Below are positions 27,346-41,575 of a stretch of DNA of 64,000 bases, in pieces (position 1 is the stretch's first letter; every line of letters starts with the position of its first letter). The stretch lies in NCBI GenBank assembly GCA_043228905.1, contig JBHGNT010000016.1, positions 8,990,001 through 9,054,000 on the forward strand, read 5' to 3'. Position numbers and translations under genes: made by a program. A model generated the notes under the pieces. The model made no database searches and had not been told where the DNA came from. It worked only from the letters and a program-made list of their open reading frames with translations. The DNA is from Azolla caroliniana. Taxonomy: Eukaryota; Plantae; Polypodiophyta.

Positions 27346-27969
27346 CTGCAATAATGAAGTAATAATAAATTAAGCGCCTCTTCTAAAATTAAAAACAATA
27401 TGATGTACACAAATGATGAACATTGACAACAACTTGTGATTTTCCATGCATATAGAAAGTTATGAAGGAAAAGACATCATATTTCATAAAAAGAAGATAT
27501 GATTCATTAGTGGGCCTAGTGGAAAATGCCAGTTGCTTAGACATCACACAAGTGCTCCATTAAAGTGAAAGAGATATTATAAGCTACAGTGCAAAGCACA
27601 TATTGTGCACTTCATATAGTAGAGTGAGCTTTTGCATATGCAATTTGACTACCTTGACATCTTTATATTTTTCCTTGGCTTAATTTTCTCAATCTTAGAT
27701 CTTCAACCCCATGGATAGAAACTCATTTTAGTAGAGCTTGGAACCCATGAAGAGAAACTCTCGAAAGATAATGAAATACATCCATTAGATGAGAGGAAAC
27801 AAACCACTCATGCAGAAAAGAACCATCAGTAACATCTTCCCAGCCCCAACCACCTATGAATTTAGCAACCACTTGTGAACCTGTCCTAAAGAACGTCAAA
27901 TACTGTGTTGGAGTCCACCACTCTTCTAAAATGTATTGAGTCATTTCACTTGTGAATTACGCAAGCGAG

Positions 27970-28226
27970 AATCCATGTTATCATTTTTTTGAACTTGTCT
28001 GGTGTGATTTATTCCCTCAATTCACAAGTTTAGAATGTTGTTAACTTTGTCTTGATTCTCATTAACTTGTATAAAGATGTACTTAAAAAATTTTAATCCA
28101 TGTTATCATTTTTTTGAACTTGTCTGGTGTGATTTATTCCCTCAATTCACAAGTTTAGAATGTTGTTAACTTTGTCTTGATTCTCATTAACTTGTATAAA
28201 GATGTACTTAAAAAATTTTAATCCAT
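27970..28226. repeat. Apparently exact 125-bp tandem duplication
   Basis: AATCCAT recurs at 27970, 28095 and 28220 with matching sequence between. Confidence 0.9.
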
Positions 28227-29329
28227 CAATATTCTAGGGTCTTGGTGGTTAACGTATTCCCCAAACAATAAAATTAATTTGATTCAAGTATTAATGTTGC
28301 TATAAGAAATAGAGATATTTAGGAGTATAGACAACAGAAAAGCAACAAATTTCTATAGGATTTAAGATTTATTACCATTATTTCCATATTCCCAATAACT
28401 TGTTCTTGGTTAATAGGCAATAAAGTCCTGCAATTCAAATGAAAATTACGCTGATGAAACCATATGTTACACGTATAAGAACCACGAAAAACTATTAGGA
28501 ATTATAAGAAAAGGAACCACCATATGTTGCACTCATGCTAGAACTACAATCTTTATCATTTCCTAGAGGGTTTTCATAGTTTTTCTTCCTAAACTTGAAA
28601 AAATTGTTGCAAGACACCAGCTTTGTCAAGGAAAGAAGATTGTGGTCATGACCTGAATGGGAGGGCATGAATCAACAAAACTAGGGATAATGTCTTGCTA
28701 GGCAAGAGTGAGGGGTGTGGTGATGTGGTAAATAAAGGATCGGCTCGATCTCATCCTGGTAAAAAATTTGTCATGTTGAAATGATGGAAGTGTCATAAAG
28801 ATAGGGACAGAAACAGTGTTTTCCTAACAGGAAATTATGCCATGCATCTGAAAGAGTAGCCATAGAATTGTTTCTGGCAATAACCTCAACATCTCTTATT
28901 CATCATGTATTATTATTTTTGCCCCTCTGTGTTGCTGCTTAAAGCGTTTATGCTTCCCTATTAATCGATTTGTGCCACTTTACCACCTTTCCATTCAATT
29001 TGATTCAAAAAGTCAGGTAACATACTCTTATCTACGCAGGCTCGGCCCTTGCTTTCTTTCAGGTTTAAAGTGTGGAACTGATTGACATTGCATGGTAGAA
29101 CCCATCAAGGGAAGGTTTGAATCATTATGCTCAATTATGAAAGGGTAGATTGTAACCAATCATGGATATTATGTAACAAAATCATTCCTATACAGGACCA
29201 AAAAACTCTCTTCAACCATCTTCACTGAATGACAATCAAAGCCATCCACCATCTTAGTATACCACATACAACAGTGGCAAAGGGGTACCTATAAAAAATT
29301 AAGAGGCTATCAACTTTTCTCAAAGGCTA

Positions 29330-29781
29330 CTTTCAGCCTCTAGTAGAAGTTAATATATATTTCTTTATTTAGCTCTCTCTAGGGACAAAGAGAAACTGTT
29401 GAAGAACAACAATACAATCACAATACCTCATCAACAAGGATCATCACAACTTTCTTTAGCTCCATCACCCCTCACACTGCGAGGTAATCAAGGGATATAA
29501 AAGTAGGGAATAGAGGGTACAATAGATGGGAGTAGCAATTTATTGTGCATGTGAGCTAGTTTCAGCGACTAGTAGAGATTAATATATCTTTCTCTATTTA
29601 TCTCTCTTTAAAGACAAAGAGAGAAGTTGTTGAAGAACAACACCTCTACTGGTCAACAAGAATCATCACGGCTTTCTTTAGCTCCATCACTTCTCATACT
29701 GCAAGGCAATCAAGGGATATACAAGTTGGTAATAGCAAAAAGGGGTACAATAGATGGGAATAGCAATTTATTGTGCATGTG
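29330..29781. repeat. Diverged tandem duplication of about 230 bp
   Basis: TTTCAGC..CTAGTAGA...TTTATTGTGCATGTG occurs twice. Confidence 0.7.
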
Positions 29782-30225
29782 GGCCACAACCTCATCATCC
29801 TTGTCATTAGAAAATAAAGGCCATTATCACTTGACACCAAAGGTGTTTCCCTCGCTTTGGAGACCTCTTCATCTTGCATCAGGCCCATGTTGGAGATCTT
29901 TTAAAGGCAGAAATTTCACTCCCTCAAGTTCAAATTATTGAGTTCTTAGCTAAGGAGATTCTCTGAGGCAATTCTGTTAGTTTAGTTATATTTATTTTGA
30001 TTGTTCGGTATTCTCATGATGCAACAGCATTTTAAAATAATCTCTCATTTGGTCTGGTAGATCACTTTGGCCTTTTGAGAAATTAATATAGCATTTCATT
30101 TCTCTTTAAAATTACCCAAAAAAAAGATTGGTTAACTTAGCGAAATACATAATATTGTAATGCGGTCAATCACAGCAAAAAATAAGAAACGTGAGCATTT
30201 CTCTGAATTCAAGATAAAGCATTAC

Positions 30226-30296
30226 GTGCTTTCTCCAGAAAATCCTTGACTGAAGGGAAAGAGCAAAACTGCAATGATGATTGGAAAAGCAGCCAT
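30226..30296 (-). CDS. Probable first coding exon (signal peptide) of the PIG-X gene
   Basis: MAAFPIIIAVLLFPFSQGFSGES followed by a GTAATG donor; acceptor CAG at 30308-30310; possible 5'UTR exon ending at 31269. Phase link to downstream exons is unresolved. Confidence 0.45.
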
Positions 30297-31812
30297 GTTT
30301 GCTTGACCTGCATTCACAGCATCCATTAGCTTTAACAAAATTATGTAAATCCCTCCCTCTGTAAGTTTTAGTAAACAATCATGCCACCTTAGACCAATTA
30401 GTTGTTCATTTTGTTTGTTTCGATAGAAACGAAAACAAAGGAAAAGACATTTACCCCCTGAATAAGAAGAAATTGCTGAGGGAACTCTTTATCATATGAA
30501 GTGATGAACCTCATAACGCAAAACCATGTCGATATCGAAGATGAGCCTCCATGTTGAGCTTGTTTGAAGATTCTACAGAACATACATGCTTAGAAGATAA
30601 AACTCAATCAAACATTAATCTATTCTATAACTTAACATTTACATGATTGTCCAGTTACAAATATTGCTGAGAAGTATTCTCAAAAATATTGTAGAAACTA
30701 ATGAGCTATAATACTCAAAAAGAGTTGAATAGTTCAACTATTAGCAAATATTGCAGAAATTATTCAACCATGGTACTCAAATTTAGCAGAAATACATATT
30801 ATCGAATGTTGCAGAACTTACTAAACCATGACGATGCCCAAGTGCATTATTGAATAACGGGGGAAACTTGTTACTTTTCAATATATATAGAGCAGAATAT
30901 TGTAGTAATTTGTCAATCATGTTATGTGTCGAACATTGCACAGACTATTCAATCATACTGTCCAAACATTGTATAAAATTTATATCAAATATTGTGAGGA
31001 ATGTAGGAGAAAAATAATGCCGGAATTAATTATGTCCCTGACATGTCAATTCAACCATATTTCTGAAAAAAACAATTTTGGGTGGTGCCGAAATTGTCAC
31101 AAGATTTCTTACCAGGCAGTGCTTTTTGCTTTCGTATAGCTCGCGACTCAACTTCAAAGGACGAAGGACGCAATTTCAAGAGAGAGAGAGAGAGGGGGGG
31201 AGGGAGAGTATATACGAGAGAATCAAGAATAGGCCATGGAAGCAGCAAGAAGAAAGAAAAGTTCTTACACAGAACACAGAAATCGGTGGGGCAGTGGGGT
31301 CTTCTCATTCACCTCCGACGACGACGACGACGACGAATCCCAAATGTGAACACGCATGCATACATATTTGGGCCGAGTGAGGACCCGCCCTCCCCCCTAC
31401 GAAGGCAATACATACATACATAATCAGAATAGGAAGTAAATGAGTACCAAAATATTTCCACTTAAAATTCATGGTTCCTCGTGGGCTCAACACTTGGATT
31501 GATTGTTATATGGCCACCATCATCATCATCTAGTAGAGACTCCGCGAGAGAGCATTGTAATTCTTTGCGGAAGGAGTTACTCCTTCCTCTCTTCTTGATT
31601 CTTGTGTGGGCATGGAGAGGAGAGATTGTGCTCTTGGTTCAAACTTTAATCACTTCTTGCGTTTGGCGGGTTCCAAAGAGGTGGGAGATGTATCTGATTC
31701 TCCATCTCAGAGATTTTCGGATAATATTGTTGAAATGCAATAATTACTAACATCCCACCCAACTATAGGTTCAAGCATAACATTGATGTAGGGTTTAACG
31801 AGCAACCATGGG

Positions 31813-34330
31813 TTGATTGGTCTTTACGGGGTTAGACTCAATTTTTCAACCCTCCAAGTCACCACACTACCTAGGGCCCCAATCTTGTTCATCAAGAAGG
31901 AGGATGACTCATTACATTTATGTATTGATTATCATTGTTTTAACAAAGTCATGGTGCATAATTGTTATCTGTTACCCCCGATCCCTAAGCTCCTCAACCA
32001 TCTTTGAACTAGGCATGTCTTCACCAACATAAACCTTCGAGGGGCTTATAATCCAGTGTTTATTAAACCCAGTGATGAATGGAAAAGCACATTCAGAACG
32101 CAATGCGACCATTTCGTATACAAGGTAATGCCATTTGGCCTCACCAAAGCTCTACCAAGTTTTGAACACATGAAGAACTTCATATTTCAGGAGTATCTAG
32201 ATCAATTTGTTGTTATCTACCTTTACGAAATTTTGATTTTCTTATTGAACATGGAGGAGCACATCCAATAGGTCCAATTGGTTCTACCCAAACTTCTTGA
32301 TCATGGGCTTTATGCAAAGAGAGATAAATGTGAATGTGACTATACCTTGGTCTCCAACTATGTTATCTCATGATGGATACATGGAAGGTAGCCACAATCC
32401 AAGAGTGTCATGCCCCAACAAGGCTCCATGATGTGCAATCATTCCTAGGCTTCACAAATTTCTACTGTCAACTTATTAAGGCGTTTCCACTCTTGCACAA
32501 CCCTTGGTTACACTCGTGACCCTAGAAAAATGCTCCATTTCTCTAGACTTCAACCGCCTAAATTGCTTTAGAAGCACTTAAACAAGCATTAATCTCAGCC
32601 TAGTGTTGCTACATCCCAACTCAACAAAGCTTCTCCAAGTGGAAATTGATGCCTCTGATTTCATTAATGAATCAATCCTACCCCAACAAGATGGCATTGG
32701 AATATTGCATCACGTGGCATACTACTCTTGCAAATTCCCTGCCCCAAAAATCAACCACCCAATCTATGACAAAGAGCCACCACTATCAACTCTACCTTTG
32801 ATGAATGGCATCCTACTTTACTAGAGCACAACATCATGTTCAAGTCCTGATCTACTTCGCCACCACTCGAACTTTAAATCAAAGGAAGGTCCATTGGTCA
32901 AGCTTTCTTAGTGAGTATAACGTCTAGATAAATTTCAGACCTTGGACACAACATGGGAAGGATTATGCCCTTTCAAGACAGTTATCTTTTGAACTGCACC
33001 CATAAGTCAACACTTACACACAACAATCACATTGCCTCCTAAAATATGATCAACTCCAAGTATTGTAACTTGCATGTTGCATGATGTTTCTCTACTCAAC
33101 ATGATACCCATGGTGATCGTTATTGATACATTTGTAAATGAGATCAAGAAGAATCTCAACAACCTATCTAGAGTTGGCAAGAGGCTAAAACTCAATTGAT
33201 TCATAGTTTGGGATGGACTAGTGTTTAGGAATAATCACTTCTATGTCCTAGAAGGATCGTACCGAAGCCAAATATGGCAAGAATCTCACAATAACCCACT
33301 CACCAACCATTTTGGAGTCATGAAAACCATGGAATTGAACTCTTGAGGGTATTGGTAGACGCAATCTTGGAAGTTCATCAAAGAGTTCTCTAATTCTGAT
33401 GTTTGTGCTCATGCCAAGCTAGCTGACTCACCATCGATTATGTGGGTTGTTCCGGTTTCTCCCAAGCCCAAGCCGGCCTTGGGCATCCATCTCCATGGAT
33501 TTTTTCATTGACCTACCCACGGTCGATAGGTACAACTCGATTCTCACAATCATTGACCGGTTTACAAAGATGGCTCACTTTGCCCCATGCTAAAAAACAA
33601 TTTCTAGAGCAGAGATGGGAGATCTACTTTAAAAAAATATAATCTTACTAACAGCTTATTGGAAGATATCCCCTCCAATTGGGGGCCACAATTTCTCTCC
33701 CACTTTTCGTGATGAATGCTTAAGATGTTTGGTGCTTTTGTGAACTCGTCCACGACATACGACCTTGAACACTTCTTCGTCAACTGACGGCTACAGAGTT
33801 ACATTCACACACACACACTCTCTTCACAGTTACCCAATTACAGAGGCAACTACCTTATGTGTAACTATACAACAACATTCGACCACCATAAAGTTTGCCC
33901 TAGTTGTATTTATACATATACAACTTTCTGGCTATTTACATACATAGCCCACAAGGGGCACATTTAGAATATTTACATATATGGTCTCCCGATTTCAGTT
34001 TCGGTTTTCGATTTTGGCCTCGTCCAAAATACTCATTGACTCCATCCGATTCGATTCGTTCTCTTCCCATCCGGAGGGACCTGCTTCCCAACACTTTCTC
34101 CTAATGTTCAAGTTGGCATACAACAACAATATCCATGCTTCAATTTGGGTTACTCCTTTCTTTCTAAACTACAGTTGTCATCCTTGCTTCACCATTTTCA
34201 TCCCCACCACATCATTGAATTCCTCGACAAAGGAATGTGTTTGTATCTTAGAGACTTCACTTCATGACCTCTCCCTTGAATTCATTGTCATTGGTAAATA
34301 ACACAAGGAGCAAGTCAATTGTCGTCAATC
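31813..34330 (+). mobile_element. Degenerate chromovirus-type gypsy pol (RT, RH, INT)
   Basis: APILFIKKEDDSLHLCIDY, EWKSTFRT..FVYKVMPFGLT, EIDASDF, INHPIYDKE and an integrase-like frame; many stops and frameshifts. Confidence 0.8.
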
Positions 34331-34700
34331 ATTGAAAGGTTTAACTGACAAGCATTACTTGAAGCAAATACTCAAAAGTCTTCCTCAAGCATTTAAAAGT
34401 GAATGAATACCTGAAGGTTTAACTGACAAGCATTACCTAAAGCAAATACTCAAAAGTCTTCCTCAAGCAAACATTTAAAGGAAACATACAAAATGAACAC
34501 ACGAAATGAATATGTGAAGTGAACAAATCTCAAAAGTAATATCAGAAGGAATCTCACAAAGGGAACAACATTGAGGTGTGATATTATTTCATATGCGATT
34601 GCACCAAGCTAGACTACATTGTTAAAGATGTATACAATGATCAAATAATGTTCCAAATGCAATAACAAATGCTCTTTTGACAACTTGTTTCAAACACTAT

Positions 34701-35322
34701 TGTGAGCTAATGTGGATCAAGAAAAGCTTGAAAGTTGGCCGATAGCGATAACCCAGGACTAGGGCGTTGACGACTTGTGCAAATAATGGTTCAAATATTG
34801 GAGGTTGCAACATATGCTCATTAGATGGGAGATGGAGATGTGGGATTCTTATAACATTGAAATGTAGATGTTTACATCAGGTAGGTATAGATAGTGCCTA
34901 CACATGTAATTTATAGATCTAGTGCCTACATATTTTATAAACTCTTAGTTGTGTGTTGAACTTTGGAGGAATAGTGATATAAATAGGACATGGAAAATTG
35001 GGTTGACCTTGTGTGAACCCTTCAAGGCTAAGTATAAATATAAGTGTCTTAAGGTTTACAAGAGTGGATCTTCTTTAAATAGTAGAGTTGGTGGAGTGAG
35101 AGAGATGGAGAACTCTTACATACATATGATATTGTATCTACTGTTATGAATAGTGAAGCCACCATCTCAAACAATAAGTATTGAATCTATTACTATCTTG
35201 TTGTACCTTTTAGTGGTGTTCACTATCATGACCGTGCCCTTATTAACCTTGTTTCTTGTATTTATGGGACATAATCTTTTAGTTCTTGAGAAATTGAGTC
35301 AAACCTTCTATTAACTCCAACA
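34701..35322 (+). mobile_element. Probable solo LTR
   Basis: TG..CA ends, flanks ACTAT and AGTAT (one mismatch), internal TATAAATA near 35033. Confidence 0.5.
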
Positions 35323-35599
35323 AGTATAACTTATGCTTGGCTAATTAACATTCACTTGATAATAGATATTATCAATTGGATATTAACTATGCTTGGTTAA
35401 GAGTTGACTAATTCATAAATGATGAGAAATTAATGATCCATTGTGGCTACCAAATCCATTATTCCACTATCATCATCAAAATGTGACATGCCCACTTTTG
35501 TCTCACACACACTGGCTATTTCATATATGATAAGAATGATCCATTGGGGCTATCAAATCCATTATTATTCCATTATCATAGTTAGAATGTGACATGCCC

Positions 35600-35634
<35 letters not shown>

Positions 35635-35656
35635 CGTAAATAATGGCTTTCATTAC

Positions 35657-35710
<54 letters not shown>

Positions 35711-35714
35711 AACT

Positions 35715-36490
35715 TATGAAACAAACACATACACCCTCGAGATGAGATCACTTCCCATTGAGATCATGGTCATGGAAAGGGTTGTTGAAAACATGCTTAA
35801 GGTTCAAAAAAGTCCCTCACATCGACTTCCTAGAATTGCATGGGAAGCAAACAAAAAGATCCAAAAGATGCATAAATGCAAAATCTTGTGTTTCAGTTAG
35901 ATGCAAGGTATGAAAAAAATGGTTTAGTAAATGGGATACAACACACTTGCTTTATGATGCATCAGTGGATTCCGTCATAAATTAGGCCTTTTTGCAACGC
36001 CACTATATAATGACATGAGACAAATGTAGAGGCTCACGCTTCACACATTATACTACACATGTTGCACCTAACTACAAAACCATATTCTTTGCGAAACAAG
36101 GAAACTATACACATTGATACATGTTAGAGCCCATCTCACTACATGTCATTTGAACCATTGCTTCCATGCGACTTAACTCACATGCATTGCGATCTGAGGC
36201 GAGATGTTAGCGCACAAGTGATGACAGTGGTTGACTATCCACACTTTGCCTTAAACAAGTTTGAGAGCTAAAATATCACACTTTGATATAATGCTCTACC
36301 TTTGATTATATTCAACTTTGCTTTCCACACATCTTTGACCAAGCCCAACCCTTGCATGAATTTCTTTCACAACCACAATGTGTAGTCTCGATTGCAACAT
36401 TCATTGGTAAATTTCTTGAACATCGAGAGTTGTTACTCGCTTTCACATGTACATGTGAAATGTAATATTTTTGGCTCATAAATTATATTT
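35715..36490 (+). mobile_element. LINE 3' remnant between (CT)n tracts
   Basis: LPIEIMVMERV...HRLPRIAWEA and a downstream degenerate Cys/His segment resemble the post-RT region of non-LTR elements. Confidence 0.45.
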
Positions 36491-37131
36491 GACCTCCAAA
36501 CACAATAATAGAATCTCTCTCTCTCTCTCTCTCTCACCCACACACACGTGCACATACATTACATAATCACATGATGAAGGTTCATTGAAGATTGACCAAG
36601 ATCAAGGAGAAACATAAAAGGGCATCACAAAAATAATAGGATTAGTGGTCTTAAGGCTTAATAGGGCATCATTAAAATTAGGATTAGCGATTTGAAGCTT
36701 AAGACATATATCATATACACATGTGCATATTACACGATCAAGAATAGGGCAAAACATAAAAAGGAATTACAAAAACAATAGGATTTGTGATCCTAGCCTC
36801 TAGGCTTAACACGGCATAATTAAAAATGTCATTGCAAAAGTGCTGTAAAACCAATGGTTTAAATATGGAAAGCATAATTCTCCCGACTCAATGCATTAAT
36901 TATAGCAAAATGACCTTCACATATTTTCATTATGCTCCCCCACCTGAACTTATATACACTCCCTAACATCATGATGAATAAAAAATTCAAGAAATAAATC
37001 ATAACCCTGATATCAAAGTTCTCAACAATCATGTCCCATTCAAATCACAGATGTTTTTGAGCTTCAAAATCATGGAAACTTGGTCAAGGATCTTTTGCTA
37101 ATCTTGTGTCCATTATATCGGTCTTAAGTAT

Positions 37132-40100
37132 TTACACAAGCTCTGATCTGATTCCTTTGACATCGCATTCTGACGAAACTGTTGAATCAATTGAATGATT
37201 CACAACATCGGCGGACCTACATTCTACTCCATCTTCAACCTGTGTTTCTATGTCACCTATATCGGTTGACTGATTGTCAAGATCTTCATCACCAGTCATG
37301 GAGACTGTTGGTGCAAAAAACACATCAGTTGGATACAGCCCTTGGAAGATCTGATAGCAGAAAAAAAAAAACACATACAATAGTTAAACAGGTTTTGATT
37401 CTACCACATATTTTGATAAAAAAAACACCTCAATACCCATATACTTTTGGATTTATACCAAAATAGCCCTTAGCTTTCTGAAATTACCAGGACATCTCTC
37501 TTGAACAGTAACGCTTAGAAAACCAAGAGGGGTATTCTGGGAAATATACAATACATAAGGGAAATTATGGTGCTTTTCCCCCAAACAAATTTCATCTCCC
37601 CATACTTTGAGAGGGAAAAACAAAAATCTCCTCTAATGTTGGGCCATTTTAGAAGGATATTGTCCATAGAAAAGTTTACCTTCTCCGCGGAACTGACTAC
37701 ACTCCGATAATCAAGTGTTTCATCTGGTAAACCAGAAACTGCAATGTGGCCTTCTGATATCCACTGTGTTAACAATCTCAAGTTCAGGATACTTGTCGGC
37801 AATTGGCAATGTATGCGAAAACTACATAGTACTATATAAAACCTTAAAGCTTTCAGGAAAGGATTGATGTTGAACAAAGCTGACAGCCCATAGCAAAGTT
37901 GGTTTGTTATCTGTTGAGATATTTCCACTACTCTCGGCACAATGGAAGAGAACCTTAATGGCTGCTTGCATTGCCTTTATACCAATCAATGCGTCTGAGC
38001 ATGCCATAGACAGCTGTACAATAAACCTTCATGGATGTTAAGTAAACAATTAGGCTGGTGTCAATATAACAATCACTTGATGATTTGGTCAATGTAAATG
38101 TAATGATAGCTGAATGACTTTGAACTACTTACTTTCCTTCAGGACATACGTTTGCATCAGCTCCCAGTTGAAGAGCTCGAATCACACTATTGGTTTTATT
38201 TGTTATGGCTACAAATGCAAAATCATGGGATATTATTGCTAAAGTTTTGAATCATTGCAATGTACCAAATAATGTTGCTTACATTGAGGCGGGCAGACTA
38301 CAATTAGTGTAGATATGCCCGGTTGTAAGGACTTATCCGTAATACAAATGCTTCGGACTATTTTATTGTTTTTTTCTTTGTCACCAAATGTATCAACACT
38401 ATCACTACTATTATTATTAAATGTCTTGCGAAGTGTTAAATACAAAGATGGTCCAGTTACAAGTTTCTTAGAGAATATCAACTGTCCAGTAGACATTTGT
38501 ATCCCTTCAAATTCATGGGTTTCCTGTGCAAGAAACGGAAGACAGAAACTATATCTTACATATTATGTAAAAAAGAGCACCAGGGAAAACACCAAAATAC
38601 CTCTGCTTGGAGCAGTTTTCAAAACTTATCAGAATCCTCTTTTTGTAATATATGTGGGTATTCTGGTAAGTTTCAAAAACTCACAGGTTTTCTGGTAAAT
38701 GTCCAGAAATTTGGGGGTATTTTGATTCTTTCCAAAAAACAATAAAAAGACTTTATTCACATTTAGTTATAAAACCTTGTTTCTAAGCAAAGCATCAACA
38801 GGCATCCTGAGGACCTGAATCATGAGAGAATCCAACATTAGTTTTCCCAGTTAATAAAAGGGTGTTCATATCTAACGTGCTTACATAAAGTGCCCCTTTA
38901 ACAGCTGCACATCGACTGAAAGCCTGAGGTAATTCTCCTTGACCATATAAAGGATACAAAAATGCTCCAAGGGCATTTTCGTACCTATAATGGAAGCATA
39001 AAAAAAAAAGTTTTTGTCAAGTTTAAATATATTTTGATGCCTAGAGCAACATATTAACTTAAAGCTCACATCATACCTCCCAACTGATGTAAGATAAAGT
39101 GCCAGATTTTGCATGCCTTCCCTCGTGCTAACCACAGAACCAGAATCCTCCCTATTCAAATCTTGTTTATCATCTGCCAAGGCTATGGCATAAAGGATAA
39201 TTCTGTGAAAAGGATACAGAGATCAGGCTAATTGCTCATACATGCATCTTGTTAAGTCGATAACAAAAAACACAATTAACTTCAAACCAAATTTATAATA
39301 AACAGATACTATATAGGACAAAAAAACAAAATCCTCCTAGATTTTGGAATATTTACTAAAAAAAACCTAAGTTTGCAAAAGTAATAAAACGTTTGTACTG
39401 CAAAGCAGCATTCTGGCATGTTTTGCAAACTTACAGTTTTGGTCAATTCTAAAAACTTAGTGATATTCTCATAGATATCCAGCAAGTTAGGGATATTTTT
39501 TGGTGTTTTTCACCTACTATATACATATACACATATATGAGGACTAGAGTAGGTACTGCATTGTACGCTTGAACAGAGGAAGGAAGCTTTTGTCCTTGTA
39601 AAAACTCGATAAATGGAGAATCAAGATCCTCTTCACAAAGCTTCGAAGCTTCTAGATCAGATGTGGATGTGTGATCAATAACCATCTTGAAAAACCTCAT
39701 CAAATGACGTTTCTCTACAGCGCTCAGAGTACGATCTTTGAATATATCAGCTCGAGAAGATGGTACAGGTGATATACCTTCAGAAGTCCATATAAAACTA
39801 GCTTCCAAGGCTCTGAATTGAAGATAATTGTGAGCTCCTGACCTTATCACTAGATCTACAAGAGGTCCATTGCAAAATGCTAGCTTTGGGCCAGCTATGT
39901 CAATATTATAGCCTCGAGGAGACCCTAGAATTTCTTCTGAGCTGGTCTGTGTAACTTCAAAATTTGAATACATTGAAAAAGAATGTAAAGGTATTGCTTC
40001 AAGGTTCTTCTCTTGCATAACAAGGGAATTTGGTTCGACACTTGGGAGATTTCCTCCATCTGATGGTAGAATATCTGCAATGTTTTCAAGAATTTCAAAT

Positions 40101-40822
40101 CCTTCTCCATCTGATTGCACAATTTTCTCATGTTTCCTAATTTCTTCTTGCCTTTCTTCATCTGAACATAGAATATTTGCAAGATTTTCAAGTTTTTCTC
40201 CATATCGAGGCAAACTATCTGCAATATTTTCAAGCTTTTTCCCCTCTGGTGGCGAAATTTCTTCAAGATTTTCCGGCTTTCCTCCATATGAAGGCAAAAC
40301 ATCTGTAATTTTCCCAGCATTTTCTCCATCTGATGGCGAAATATGTAGTTTTTCTTCATTCGATGAAGATACATCTACAATGTCCCCGATTTTTTCCCTA
40401 TTTGTAGGAAAAATATCTGCATCTATATCCTGTTTAACTTTATCATCGATAGAATGAATTTCAATTGCCTTATCATCAAAGATGTGATTTTGATCCTCTT
40501 CTACAGATGAACAGCGTTCTATTTCATGACTTGGAGGTGGAATTCTAAGAGGCGATTCAAGGACCATACCAGTGGCGTTTTCTTCCGCAGAGATTGGTTG
40601 CGAAAGTGAAGAAGAGGAGAAAGGAAGAATGCCTTCTGATTCAGACCAACTCTTGAGGTCTGAGAGAGGGAGAGAGGTCCAGTGAGAGCCATAGAAGTCA
40701 CAAGGATCTACGTGAAGAACAGAGTGTCCAGAGGAAGAAGATGCTGCAGATACGATGCACTGCGGGAGACCTGTTTCTAGAACGACGAGATCGAAGGACG
40801 AAGGCTCGATGAAGCTCGCCAT
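37132..40822 (-). CDS. REP: Rab escort protein (GDI/REP family), about 774 aa
   Basis: Nine exons with GT-AG introns and consistent phases: 39567-40822, 39077-39202, 38885-38984, 38776-38814, 38283-38523, 38133-38208, 37843-38026, 37680-37763, 37132-37350. Motifs SVLHVDPCDFYGSHW, VPSSRADIFKDRTLSAVEKRHLMRFF, LYPLYGQGELPQAFSRCAAVKGALYVLR. Confidence 0.93.
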
Positions 40823-41575
40823 GACCCAGGATCTTCTTCTTCTTCTTCTTCTTCTTCTTCGTATGCCTGTGTGTGTGTGATATTCTGAGAATAGCCAAGG
40901 GTATTTCGGGAAATAGGAAAATGTAGGGGCACCTGATGGAAATAAAGAAAATCTGGGGAGGGGGAGGGGGTGGGGGTGGGGGGGTTGGTTGTCGTGAAAT
41001 CCCGTGGTGTGTGAAAATGTGTTTACAAAACCCACCTGTTTGTTAAGTGAAACAATGCCATGTTCTCTAGTTTCAACAAACCCTGTAAGGCTTAGTATTC
41101 CCAAACATGGGTATATTGTAAATTGTGGAGAATTGCCCTTTATCACGTATGAATGGTGAATGGGTTTTAATGTGAACAGGGCCCATTCGAGTTTCCAACA
41201 TGTAGGAAAAGGGCAAGAGCTCTCATGTAAAAGGGGCCTATGGGTGTCCAAACCTTTGGGCTACCTTTTGATCCTCATTCTCTCCCACTTTTGCATCCAC
41301 TAAGAGCCATTTTCTCTATGTAAATTTTCCCCCATTAATTAATCAAGATATAAATGTTTTTTACTTGATAAGTATTTATTTAATTGAGAAACCTTGTATG
41401 TTTCTTATGCAGTAATGATGTATTTAATTAAGACAATCATATTTCTTATATCAGTGTAGTAGTGATTGGATCTATGTTGTTGTTAGATTAACTTAAGAAG
41501 CCTTCAAAGCTTCCATTGTTGTGTGGAGTGGAGAGGTAAATGTTTTTTATATGTGTTGTGTATGCCCTTTCCTAT

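Noticed and set aside
27723-27944. 73-aa ORF upstream of the PIG-X exons as a coding exon
   Set aside because: No PIG-X similarity or convincing splice sites; may be a decayed TE fragment.
34334-35605. Short local duplications (about 77 bp at 34334 and about 100 bp at 35432)
   Set aside because: Ordinary two-copy slippage duplications with no further structure.
40823-41251. N-terminal extension of the 600-aa ORF including poly-Arg
   Set aside because: REP homology starts at the ATG at 40822; the upstream part is 5'UTR or promoter with a (GAA)n microsatellite.
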